Assembly: GCF_009914755.1 (NCBI RefSeq)
Contig: NC_060937.1
DNA length: 64,000 bases
Direction: 5' to 3' (one strand)
From: the human T2T-CHM13v2.0 reference genome, Homo sapiens
This document shows, one piece after another, positions 41,060 through 54,119 of the stretch; the first letter of the stretch is position 1, and every line of letters starts with the position of its first letter. The notes under the pieces were generated by a model, which did no database searches, had not been told where the DNA came from, and saw only the letters and a program-made list of their open reading frames with translations. The translations under genes were made by a program, and so were the position numbers.

Positions 41060-42348
41060 TGATAAAAATCCTTTAACAAGTATGTTATTTGCATATATTT
41101 TCTCCCAGTCTGTGACTTTTCTTCTCCTCCTCCTTGACAATGACATTCATAGAGCAGAAGTTTTTAATTTTAATGAAGTCTGACATCAATTATTTATTCC
41201 ATGGGTGCTTTTGGTGAAAGTCATCACCTTAGCCAAGGGCATCTAGATATTCTCTCATGTTATCTTTTATGAGTTTTATAGTTTTGCATTTTATATTTAG
41301 GTTTATGTTCCATTTTGTGTTATTTTTTGAAGAGTATAAGGTCTGTGTCTTGATTCATTTTTTTTTTTTTTTTTGCCTGTGGATATCCAGTTGTTCTAGC
41401 ACCATTTTTTGAAAACAAAATCTTTTCTCCATTATATTGCATTTGCTCCTTTGTCAAAGATCATTGGCTATTTTTGCAAGTCTGTTTCTCAGCTATCTAT
41501 TCTGCTTCATTGAACACTTTGTCTCTTTTTCTCTCACATTATCTTTTGTTTGGTTGCATTATAGTGTACTCATCTAGCAATTCTCATAACTTGAAGTCAG
41601 CTTGTAAGTCCTTTTTACTGATTTTTCCCCATAGACACATTGTTTACTAAAATTTGCATCTTATTTAATCTTCTTACTTACTCCAGACTATCATGATGAT
41701 ATCTTTTATTGTAACTTAAACTACTTAAAGAACGTATGTTTAACAAAGTGTGACATTGTTTCTTATGTTCCTTGATGTATTAACAACAGCAAGTAGCCAA
41801 GGAAAGTACTAATTGTCTTTATACCAAGGTAGATTTTAATGAGTAGATATTTGTTGGATAAAATGATATTTTGGAGACCAAGAAAAATTGTTTTGTTAAC
41901 CACATATTATTAAGATTACCTGTAAAAAAATAAACTGAATTTTAGAAATTAGAATCCATGATACCAAACCATAACAATGGCATCTTTGAAAATATTCTGA
42001 GAAAAATATTGTAGGTCTCCCAGTATTCTTTTTAAGCTGCATTTTTAGCTACAGTGTCTTCTGTATGGTAATTATTATTACTTATGTTTAAGATAAACTC
42101 CAATAAATACCTCTTTTCTCTGTCTTAGGGCTTAGAAATTGAGCAATAAGCCCCAAATCAAGGCAGATGAGAACCAAAATACCATTTTAAAAACTGATAA
42201 ATATGGTTAATATCTGCTGCCAAGCAAATATTTAGTGCCAAGTAGACTCTTGGCACCAAATTAGCTTCACAAGCTGTTTACACAACCACAGTATTGTTAG
42301 ACAAAGATAGGACTTCCTGTATAAGTCCCTGTCCATTTAACACTTATG

Positions 42349-43279
42349 GAGACATGGCTTCAGAAGCACGTGACCTAGACAGTCTCTCAGCGCCTCACAC
42401 TTAGTTTAATGTTGTCATGTATCCATCTTGAATTTTTAATAATTTTTTCTTTGAATTTGTGCTTGATAACAAAGCCTGATGGGCCAAAGAATCATGAGTA
42501 TGAGCAGAGGAGAGATGCACAATGTTCCTGTCCCCTATTCCTGGCTTCTCTATTTGCATATAGCATTGACGATGTTCCTGAGTAGAGAATTCCAGTGAAC
42601 CCACAATGCATGGATGTTCGGGAAGACATAAAGAGTATAAGATAAGCATCTTACTTTTGTGTCTGAGTAAGAGGGAAACTGACAGTTCCCAGAACCCACA
42701 TTTCTTATTTAAAATGTAAGTTGCTTTTAATATAGAAAGGAGGCAGTGGTGTTCTAGAAAATATGAACAACTGAAGAACCCTGTTATAGCTTTTCTTATT
42801 CATGTTATTTCCTTGAATTAGCCAACAATTTACACTGAAATTGATAACATATAAGAAGTGAACATAATTTTGTTCACTAGTTCCTACTCTTCAGAAACTG
42901 AAGGTTGAGAGTGTTTGTAGAATGTATGCATTAAGACGTGAAATAAAAGTTTTTAATTAGTTCTGTGTAACATTTCTACTGTTTTAGTAAGAATGAAATG
43001 CATGTAGAAATATGAGCCACAGGATACTGACTGTGCATTTTTCTATTAAAAAAGAACATTGCACAATATAAAGATGAATGGTAACATTTCTGTTAATAAT
43101 TTAAAATTTTACTTTTTCTTTACTTAGAACATTACACAACAAAGAAAAAAAAAACACCAAGACAAGTGGAGAAAGAGCTCATAGAACAAATAAAAAACTT
43201 TGTACTTTAGTAGCTTTACAACACATTTTCCCACCATTTTCATCTTGCACAGAGACCCATAATTTAGGGTGTTTGCTCT
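42349..43279 (+). mobile_element. MER45B/C-like hAT-Tip100 fossil
   Basis: 'catcttgaatttttaataattttttctttgaatttgtg', 'agaattccagtgaacccacaatgcatgg' and terminal 'cattttcatcttgcacagagacccataattt' match the recalled MER45 layout. Confidence 0.7.
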
Positions 43280-44239
43280 ACACAGATGAGTACATAAAAA
43301 TGCATACTTATGTGCGCTTGGCTCTGAAGAGTGAAAGAAAAGAGTATAAAACAGCTACCTCACCTGCAGTTCATATTTCTAAACTCATCAGTGAAAGTCA
43401 TTCCTCTCAGGTTAGGTGTGAGTGAGGAGTTGAAGGAAAAAACAGAGGCTTATACTAATGAAACTTCCACCTCATGAAAAGAAACACCAAGAGTGGAAAA
43501 AAGCACTGACATTGAAATTACTGAAGTTTTGTTTTGTTTTATTTTTCTCATACCCCATTGGGTTTAACCCATTTGGTTAAGCTACAAGTCCATGTTGGTA
43601 TAGTATGATGAGAAGGTACTGGAGAAGATGAGTAGTCTATAATGGCCCATTCTGCTCCACTATCACTCTTGGTAAATCCTTTTTGAAAAGGAATTACAAT
43701 ATTATGTGTTTGCTGCAATTTCTGAAATGAGTAAGATCAACTCTATGATTAACAATATAGTCACAGCTGAAAAGTCACTCTTTATTCCATTTTTATTTCC
43801 AAATAATGTTCCTCTAAGTTTTACAATAGTTTATCAGTATTTATGAAATGATGTAGAATAAAATATTAAAAATCAAATGATAAATGCATAAAGATATGTC
43901 AGTAATAAAATTCCATCAACATAGAAATAATCCAAATTTAAATTTAAGCTCTCTTCCATTATCAAATTCCCAATGAGACATTATGGTCCATAGATTTAAT
44001 TTCTTTGCAATCAAAGTCTCAGTATATTAAAACTCAAAGAGTTTAAGTCCTAAATCAATTATCTCACCTTTCAAAATTAAAAGTCCCGAGAAATTAAAGT
44101 CTTCTTTAATTAGTCTTATTCTATTTACTGCTTAGACAGAAGGTATTTATCCCTAGTAAGGACCTTGTCTGTTCGCAGTTACAGACTGGGCTATCTTTTA
44201 TTGGAATGGTATAATTTGTCAGTTCCTCAAAACTTTCAT

Positions 44240-45304
<1,065 letters not shown>

Positions 45305-45312
45305 GCACCAGC

Positions 45313-45543
45313 ATTTTTTTTTTCTTTCTTTTTTTTTTTTTTTGAGATGGAACATCACTCTGTCGCCCAGGCTGGAGTGCAGAGTGGCGCCATCTCGGCT
45401 CACTGCAAGCTCCGCCGCCGGGTTCACGCCATTCTCCTGCCTCAGTCTCCGTAGTAGCTGGGACTACAGGCGCCCGCCACCACGCCCGGCTAATTTTTTT
45501 GTATTTTTAGTAGAGACGGGGTTACACCGTGTTAGCCAGGATG
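45313..45543 (-). mobile_element. AluY, 5'-truncated
   Basis: 'gcaagctccgcc..gggttcacgccattc', 'accgtgttagccaggatg', then the Alu match stops. Confidence 0.9.
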
Positions 45544-46872
45544 TGTGCACAAGCTTTTAAGGTAATAATCAAGTTACGTCAATGAAGAGAAGGGAAAACA
45601 GTTATAGAGTAGGCAGTTCACATTATCTGTCAGTTCTTTGAAGTTTTAAGGTATAAGTACACTCTCTTATCCCCAATTAAATCATTTCCTCAACTAAATC
45701 TGCCTATTAAGATCTCTGTTGTTCCAGCCTCTCTTGATACCCTTTCTTTCTGACAATCTGTACAAGTATAATTTAAGATTGAATAATGCAACTGGCACCC
45801 TCAGGCTAATTGAATAAGCTAACATCTTCAGAATCTATGCTTTCTTGAGGCTCCGTCAATTCTGTATGTTTGCTTGGCTGAGGTGGTCATGTAAGTAGCA
45901 TTTTTACTTACCTGCTGAGATCTACTTGGCCAGTGTTTCATTTCAGATTATGCTGGCTTTGATACTTTGTTAAAAGTCCAATCATTCATATTGCTTTATT
46001 GAGGGCTTCTTGCCTTTGCTGTAGGCTTTAGGCATGCAGACCATTCAGCAATTCACTGAGAGTCTGCACAGTGCTGCTTCTATAAAAAGATAGGTTGCTA
46101 TAGATGAACCACTGTGAGCTGTTCTATAGATGTGAAAAATACTGAAAAGCATCACCAAAGTTAAAGTCTCCCACCCTGTTAGCACCATAAATCTTAGTAA
46201 CTTCACAGGTATTTTGTTTTATGGAGCAAGACTTCCAAATTAAGCTTGTCATTTCCTTATAGGAATTTATTCCAGAATTTAAGGGTTATGTAACAAAATC
46301 TATCATTCTAGCAAAAGTCTACCTAATGTCCTAGAGTTCAAACATTTGTGGGCATAATTTAGACAATGTAACATTTAGTCTTATTTAGTTATATTGGTTG
46401 ATTAATTTTTATATTTTACCATAGCAATAATTCACTGTGTTTTACAACCTACCAGCTTTGGATAGAGGTGCCACACCGTACTTACACATGGTTGATATTC
46501 AAAATATGAATACAGATACTAACCACAACATTGAAACAGAGTTCTAGAGGATGCCTCTCACTCTAGGCATTATTAGATTAGTAAGGTGGCTCATGGAGGA
46601 GGTTCAGGGATCCCAGAAGAAGGAACCAAGGAAGCCAGATCAGGAGAGTATAGAGGAAGTTTTGGTCAAGAGATAGTTATTAACCAGCACTGCTATGAAT
46701 ATTGCACATTCTATTCACACATTGAATTTGAACTGAATGTCATCCCTTACTCTAACATATTTCAGCTCATCCATTACCACAATTTAGAGATTTCATGTTA
46801 CATTCCACATCCTGGTAATGGTTTCCGCATGAGTTTTGTCAGTAGAAGTGGAAACTGTCAGAAGTTAGCATT

Positions 46873-47200
46873 TGTATTAGTCATTATGGGCTAGACAGTG
46901 CTGTGGAATAATCTCAAAATCTCAGTGGTATAGAACAATTTATTCAACTTCATGTCCTTCAGTAATCAACAGGGTTCTTTACCTGAGGTCACAGGCTGAT
47001 GGGCCACCAACATAAAGCACACCACCAGTCCCTATGGCAGGGTTAAAGAGCACAGTGTCTACAGCACTGGCATTCACAATCTTCTTACACCAATTTAACT
47101 TATATTTTACTGGCCAAGATAAGTCTAAGCTTGCCAAGGACACAGTTAAATTCGAGGTAGCAGGAAAAACCAGAAATATTTACTACCAAAGAATGGAAAG
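46873..47200 (-). mobile_element. Old MLT1 (K/L-like) LTR
   Basis: 'tgtattagtcattatgggctag...aaaatctcagtggtatagaacaa' and 'ttttactggccaag'. Confidence 0.6.
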
Positions 47201-48659
47201 TGGCCTAGGAAATCTTACTTCTCAGTTATTCAAGAAATAAAAATTCTACTCCCTTTCTGTCATTCAAGTAAAAGTCTTTGCATAGGCAACAGGTAGACTT
47301 TTCCAGAATAACTTGTGTCTCATCCTCATCAATGGAGCTGGATTCTTTAACTTAGAATGAATAAATGTGGCTCAGAAATATAAAAATAATTAAAGTATTA
47401 TCAACCCCAAACAAAGATATGCCAAGCAGAAAAAACAACAAATATCCATTACACCAGATAACATAGATACCAAAACATCTGATCACATAATTCTCTCAAA
47501 TTGTTGGGCGTTTTAGATTCTCCTGAGACTAAAGCAAATAAATAACACAATTAACAGAATTTTTGCCAGTATCTGAAAGTGATGATACACTTCAAAGGGG
47601 CACTTTATTCCTTGTAATATAAACTCTTTTTTAATAGGTTTTATTTTTATTTGTTTTTTGCTTGTGAAGGTGGTGCCATTTTGGTTTCAAATGGCTTATC
47701 ATTTATCTGTTTGCTTATTTATTTTTGTAACATGGGTAATGTTTTTTGCATTATGTATTTTTAACATTAGCTGCATCCAGATTGTCAGTACTAAGAATAG
47801 TATTTGATTGTTAATTCAGCTGTCAGGAAAAAAATTAGTAATGTTAACTCTATTATCCCTGCCAGATTTCTTTAAAAACTGAAGTGATCGTGTTGCTATT
47901 GATTTAAAAAAGACATAGAATAATGCTCTAGTCTCATGGAAACTTGCATTTGTGACATACTGATGTGACTCTGATAAAATGAAGATATGTTGGCTGAAGA
48001 GGTGTTTTCTGAAACTCTGAGGCATATCATCATGTGGAGGAAGTGGAAACAAGGAAAGGGTCATTAGCTTTATCAATGGATTTTCAATGTTTACTTAGCC
48101 TATTTTGGGCTAAGTAAAAGATGCTCAGATAAACACATATCAGCAAGTGCAGAAAGAGATTGCTTGGTCAGGAAGCTTTCAAGGGCTCAATAATACTGCT
48201 TGTTGGAAATCCTTTTGAGCCATTGAAGCTTTAAGTCCTTTTTGCTATTAATACTTTTGGCTGATTAAGCAAAATTGACTTAAAAAGGGTTTTTTCAGAA
48301 TCTATGAAACAGAATTCCCTTTAAATTCCGTGAGTTGATGTAGATCATATTACATTCCAGGAATTCTGATAGTTAAGAATGGCTGAGTTAAGAATGGTGC
48401 CGAGTGCATGGTATATGTGTTGAAAGAAATAAAGAAAAGGAGAATGAACTGGAAAAGTTATCAGAAGCCTTAAATAATGCCTTTTTGGGGTTACTGACAA
48501 GTAGGTCTTATACTTAAGAGAGTGCAGTATATATAGTGTTTACAATTGAGCATTAAAGTGATTTATTTAGTGCTAAAAACAAAATAAATACATGCATATA
48601 TAATCTTATTTGGATGTTACATGGCATATTAAACACAAGTATGTAATTCTTATAGCAGC

Positions 48660-48981
48660 TAGGATTATTGGTTTAGAATTTTCATTTCCCTGTGTTAGTG
48701 CACAGCACCCCTTACAGATGGCCTCATAGTCATGCAACTTGCTCTCACAATGGGATATTAATATACTTGGCAAGAGCAGAGTTTTGACTTGTTTTCGTGT
48801 GTATCTGTCATTACTTCTTCATTACAAGGGATGCTTTGAGTTTCACAGAGTAGAAACAGCTCCCAGACTACAGATGAGCCCGTCAACTGACCTGCAGATG
48901 TACGCATGAGAAATATAAATGTATATATATATTTTCCAAGTTTCCATTGTGTTTGTTACTCAAGAAATGCTGACTGATACA
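48660..48981 (+). mobile_element. Old MLT1 (I/J-like) LTR
   Basis: 'gtcatgcaacttgctctcacaatgg' and terminal 'gtttgttactcaagaaatgctgactgataca'. Confidence 0.6.
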
Positions 48982-49439
48982 CCTCCACCTCTATGTTTTT
49001 CTGATATATTTTTAAAATGATGGTAAGGAATAAAAATGAAAGTCTATACCTACATATGCAAAAAGAATCAGAGAAAAAATAATCAATTTTTTAAGAAGCA
49101 TGAAAACATACTAATAATAGCCAGGGACTCCACAGAGCAGAGGAAAAACTAAGAACTTGTAGTGAGAGAAAGCAGAAAGAAAGATATTTTGCATGCAGGT
49201 AGCCTGAAAGTTTTAGGAGGTTGAAATTCAAATTTTTTGCTAAAGGTGGAGGCTTAGATGAAGCTGAAAAGCAAATGTTCCATGGAAAGTCTTTAAGAAA
49301 AACAATCAGATTTCTAGATCTCTGTCACTATCCAAAATAATAGGTCAGATACTCCTTGACCACCTGGCAGTAGATTCAGTAGCTTAACCAAAGGAATTGA
49401 CAATGATAGGAGGAATAGGAGAAAAACAAAGAAAAAAAC

Positions 49440-49870
49440 AAAAAATTGGTGTTACACTAAAGAAGAGAAGGACTGTTTCTAGAAGAAAGCAGTGTTGAAC
49501 AATATCATATGCTATGCAGAGGTCAAACAAGTTAAGGACTGAAAAGTGTCCTGTGGGTTTATTTAATGTTGGCTCTTTGTAACCACCAGTTTTTCAGTGA
49601 GATCAAAGTAGAATTTACCTTGAGGTAATTTTCAAAGTGAATTAGATTGAGGAAATGAATACAGTGACTGGTTTGAGGCCCTTCCTGAAGCCTCCAAGCA
49701 CAGGGAGAATAGAGAAGCTATGTTGCCTGGAGACAGCCAGGGAGTCAGAGTGTTTCTTACTTATTTATTTGTTTTTATATAAAAAAGAGATTCTTGGTAC
49801 ATTTAAATGTTGAAGGACAGGAAAGAGTAGAGAGAGAAATTTCTGATGCAACAAAGAAAAGGAGGAAACT
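49440..49870 (-). mobile_element. L2 fragment
   Basis: 'atgctatgcagaggtcaaacaagttaaggactgaaaagtgtcc'. Confidence 0.6.
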
Positions 49871-50099
49871 ACGGATCCATTCTCTCTTTTCTGATTTCCA
49901 TTTTTTAGGTGAAAGACTTTCAGTGTGATTCCTTTATGTTTTTGATAAAAATCCTACTTTTTGGTATTTATTGAAAACAAAATTAAATTAGGTGCAAATT
50001 TTATTTTGCTTTTCTTTAGCTAATATTTCAAATGTATTTTTTTATTTCATGAGTAACCTGTTTTCCTTTACATTGCAGAATATTTCTATAAGTCCCCTG

Positions 50100-50525
50100 T
50101 CCATAGGAGAGACTGTGGATACTCCCATCTACAGGTTTCCTGCCTTATAGCTCAGTGTGTGTAGAATTCAAACTGCCAGAACTGCTTCTCTTTGTCTCAG
50201 GCCTTTTCCCAAACCTTAGTGTTTGTGCCCTAAAAGAGAGAGGCCAAGAAATTAACACTTACCACCCCCTATCCCTAAACCAAGACTGACAAGAGTTGAT
50301 GTGTGATTTCCTCAATTTCTTGGCTAGCATGGTCATATAACATTGAGTTAGGTGTTTTAAACAGTTTCCCAGGCAGAATTAGGCTTTAGTCACTTGCAGC
50401 TGTAATTAACTTGACAACACACTTATCCCTTACATTTCCTCACTCCTATATCAGCCTTTGTTATACCTCTCAAATAAAATACCTCAGCTAGCATCCTTGT
50501 CTTAGGGTCTATTCCTAGAGTAGCT
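50100..50525 (+). mobile_element. LTR16-like ERVL LTR remnant
   Basis: Ends 'cctctcaaataaaatacct...atccttgtcttagggtctattcctagag'; diverged. Confidence 0.45.
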
Positions 50526-50694
50526 ACTTTTTCTTGATTTTTTTTTCTGAATACTATTATAATATTTGCCTTGATTTTAAGGGTATAAATGGACATGGTG
50601 AATTTATTTAACAGGCCAGCAGTACTATAACCTGAAAGGCTTAGATAGAGAAATGGACCAGTGGACACTCTGTAATTAATCTTTGAGCTATGGG

Positions 50695-50695
<1 letters not shown>

Positions 50696-50729
<34 letters not shown>
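50696..50729 (+). repeat. (TG)n microsatellite
   Basis: TG run with TATG interruptions at the 3' end. Confidence 0.92.
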
Positions 50730-50730
<1 letters not shown>

Positions 50731-51959
50731 CTGAAGTCACTTACTGTCAATCAGTCAATATCCTGATTGACTTATTTGGCATATCCAGCTGTAGGAAAGC
50801 CCAGTTTGCTTATTCCTAACAAACATACTGTCAAGTTAGAGACAACCTTACATTATTCTATCTTCTGTAGATACCAAGGACCTTGCAGCTTTTTCTTTCA
50901 CTATTTTAAATGGCTACTGACTACTGCAGTAAAAGTGTGTGCTCCCAACATATTCCATGTGTAATCTCTATTTCCTGCCTTTGCTACCTCCAATTAGGTG
51001 ATAATAATGATGTTTATTTGGCATCCCTTGTGGACATATTACTTTCTTTTAATAGAAAGTTATAATTAAGTTCAGAGAACCTTCCTGCAAACTTGTCCTA
51101 TGCACATTATGCCTAATATACTCTTTACAACTTATGAAATGCAAGCACTAATCTTTCCTAGCTCTGCATAGCTCCACAGAATTTAATTTTTCTTAATTTT
51201 TCTAAAATTGTAAAAAATTCACTGGGAGTCTTTGATGGAAAGTTATGTAACTTGATTCTTACAAACAGAAATTGGAGGATGTCAGAGAAAGCAAAAGCAA
51301 AAAACCCAGGAGGTGCAAATTTAGAAAATCATGTCATACATGACAAAGTGTTGAATGAACCACATTAGCTGTCGTTCAACTTACAAAGCTGAGAATAAAT
51401 CATGGAAATCCTTAAATGGAATAGTAAGTAATTTGGACTTAGCTTATTAGAGATGAAAAAGCCTTAGAAATTTTGGAGTAGAACAGTCATGACGAGTAGT
51501 TTAGACATAGTAGGCTGAAAACTAAGCCTATTTGGAAATATGAGTTAAAATTGGAAAGTAATTTTGATACTTTAAAATAGCGTATGTAAGATAAAATGTT
51601 TCCTAAAACTAAATTAATGACAGTAGGAATAAACGTGAAGTATTGAAGAAACAAACAAACAAACAAAACACAAAATTCCCACCTGCGGGGTAAAGCTTGC
51701 AATTAGTCAACCCTTTAACAGATTTTAACCCAGAATGATTGGTAGAAGTAGGCTGCAAGTTCCCTTTGGTGGCTCTGTGAAACAGAAAGATACAAGGATT
51801 TCTGTGGTCTGATAAGAAGTAAATCAGAAAGTTGTACATTGGGGTTTATTACTATGTTTATCAGCTGATGGTTGAAAAGAGATGTTTGGAAATCATTACA
51901 ATAAATGCAATTACTTTTATAATGTTCAGCAGTCAATTCAGTATGTGAGCTATGACCTG

Positions 51960-52278
51960 CTGTAGTGTTTAGGAACACAGACTACATTAGAGAGTCAAAT
52001 TCTTTAGCTGGTCATGTAAAAATTACTCTCCTAAGCTTCATTTCCCTCATCTTTTAACAGGAACAACAGAGCATATACCACAGAATTATTATAGAGACTA
52101 AAAGAAAAAAAATGCACTTCAAGCATTTAGCAAAGTGCATTTTACCTGGCAAAAACTCAATTCATGTTGATAATGATGAAGTTAATAATGAAGATGATCA
52201 TTATAGTGATGATACTGTGGATGATGGTATTCAACATGATGATATTTATAATGATGTCAATGATGATCAGGAAGATAA
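51960..52278 (+). mobile_element. MIR with degenerate (GAT)n tract at its 3' end (52168-52278)
   Basis: 'gtcaaattctttagctggtcatg...aagcttcatttccctcatctttt...aagcatttagcaaagtgc' followed by tgatga/taat repeats. Confidence 0.7.
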
Positions 52279-52402
52279 TTTCTATTTCCTCTTTAATTGG
52301 ATAAAATGTCCAACTTTGAAGGGATAAACAACAGAATATTACTCTTTGAACCAAATGCAAATAACACATTTATAGACCTCTCACTATACTCTTCTTATGT
52401 GG

Positions 52403-52780
52403 TGATATGGTTAGGCTTTGTGTCCCCACCCAGATCTCATCTTGAATTATAATCCCCATAACCCCCCTAGCCCCACTTGTCAAGGGATAGACCAGGTACA
52501 GGTAATTGAATCATGGGGTCAGTTTCCGCCATGCTGTTCTAGTGATAGTGAGTGAGTTCTCATAAGATCAGATGGTTTTGTAAGGGGCTCTTCCCGCTTC
52601 ACTCAGCACTTCTCCTTCTTGCCACCTTGTGAAGAAGGTGCCTTTCTTCCCCTTTGCCTTCCATCATGATATTAAGTTTCCTGAGGCCATGCTGAACTGT
52701 GAGCCAATTAAACCTAATTCTTTTATAAATTACCCTCTCTCAGGCAGTTCTTTATAGCAGTATGAAAATGGACTAACAGA
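52403..52780 (+). mobile_element. THE1D-type MaLR solo LTR
   Basis: 'tgatatggttaggctttgtgtccccacccagatctcatcttgaatt' to 'tttatagcagtatgaaaatggactaacaga'; 5-bp TSD tgtgg / tgagg. Confidence 0.9.
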
Positions 52781-53451
52781 TGAGGCTATCTAAGTATATA
52801 ATTCAATAGAATGCAAATAGTTTTCACTATAATTTTGACAGACCACATTTCTTATTCTTAAATGATGAAGATGTCCTTCCCACTAATATAGTCATGCTTC
52901 ACAGGAGCAGTTTTACAAGCACCACATCTGCCACACACAGGTAGCAGTAAGTATAATATTCTAAAATGTATCTTTAATCTATGTCTGTCCTTAATTATGA
53001 TTAATTTGAAAAACCTGGTCACTGTATTATGTCCGACATAATTGACATCAGACATGTATTATATTTAGGATATTTTATGTGCATTTAAATATATATTTCT
53101 TTAAACAACTTATCAATGTTGGCTAGTCATTCTTATATTTCTCCTTGAATGATACTGACTTTCCTGTCACCCTTAGACACCTTTTAGAATTTATGTCAAA
53201 GATTTTCATGGTAGCTACACTTTTTAGTTGTTTTATAATTAGTAAGTTTATGAGGGCATAATGGCCTATTATCCTCTACTGATTTGTTTGAAATTTGTTA
53301 TGACTTTAAAAAGTAGAACTTTCAAAGTTAATGAACATTATAGATAGGAATTATAAACAGAATATTAATAAGAACTGATAATTAAACCAAATAGGTCTTT
53401 TCTATGTTTAAAATCATCAAATAAATGTGCCTGGCATTTGTATTATTTCCA

Positions 53452-54119
53452 TCTATTTGACTTCATTTTGTATTGCTGTAACAGAATACCACTGGAAGGT
53501 CCAAGATCCAGGGGCCCACATCTGCTAAGGGCTTTCATGCCGTGTCATCCCATGAGGAAAGACAGAGGGTAAGAAGGCATGAGAGACAAGAGAGGGCCAA
53601 ACTCACTTTTATAACCACCCACTCTCATGATGACAGTCAGGCCCCTTCTGTGATAACAACATTAATCCATTCATGAGGGCAGAGCTCTCGTAGCCTAATC
53701 ACCTCTTAATAGTCCCACCTTTTTTGTTTGTTTGTTTGTTTTTGTTTTTTGTTTGTTTGTTTTGAGACGGAGTCTGGCTCTGTCGCCCAGGCTGTGGTGC
53801 AGTGGTGCCATCTTGGTTCACTGCAACCTCCACCTCCTTCAAGCGATTCTCCTGCCTCAGCCACCTGAGTAGCTGGGACTTCAGGCACACATAACCTCGC
53901 CCAGCTAATTTTTGTATATTTAGTAGAGACGGGGTTTCACCATGTTGGCCAGGATGGTCTTGATCTCCTGACCTCGTGATCCGCCCTCCTCGGCCTCCCA
54001 AAGTGCTGGGAGTACAGGCATGATTTACCGCGTCCAGCCAATAGTCCCACCTTTTAACAACATCGCAATAGCAATTAAATTTCAACATGCGTTTTAGAGG
54101 GGACATTCAAACCATAGCA
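53452..54119 (-). mobile_element. MSTB/C-type MaLR LTR interrupted by Alu
   Basis: 'gtattgctgtaacagaataccac', 'ttaatccattcatgagggcagagc', 'ggggacattcaaaccatagca'. Confidence 0.85.
53724..54039 (-). mobile_element. AluSc-like
   Basis: 'ttggccaggatggtcttgatctc'; 16-bp TSD aatagtcccacctttt at 53708-53723 and 54040-54055. Confidence 0.92.

Noticed and set aside
46586-46894. 102-aa ORF as a possible exon
   Set aside because: Non-ATG start, no recognisable domain, and it runs into an MLT1 LTR.
52112-52327. Asp/Asn-rich 71-aa ORF
   Set aside because: Composition comes from the degenerate (GAT)n tract at a MIR end.
53699-54106. 135-aa ORF
   Set aside because: Made of MST LTR plus Alu sequence.
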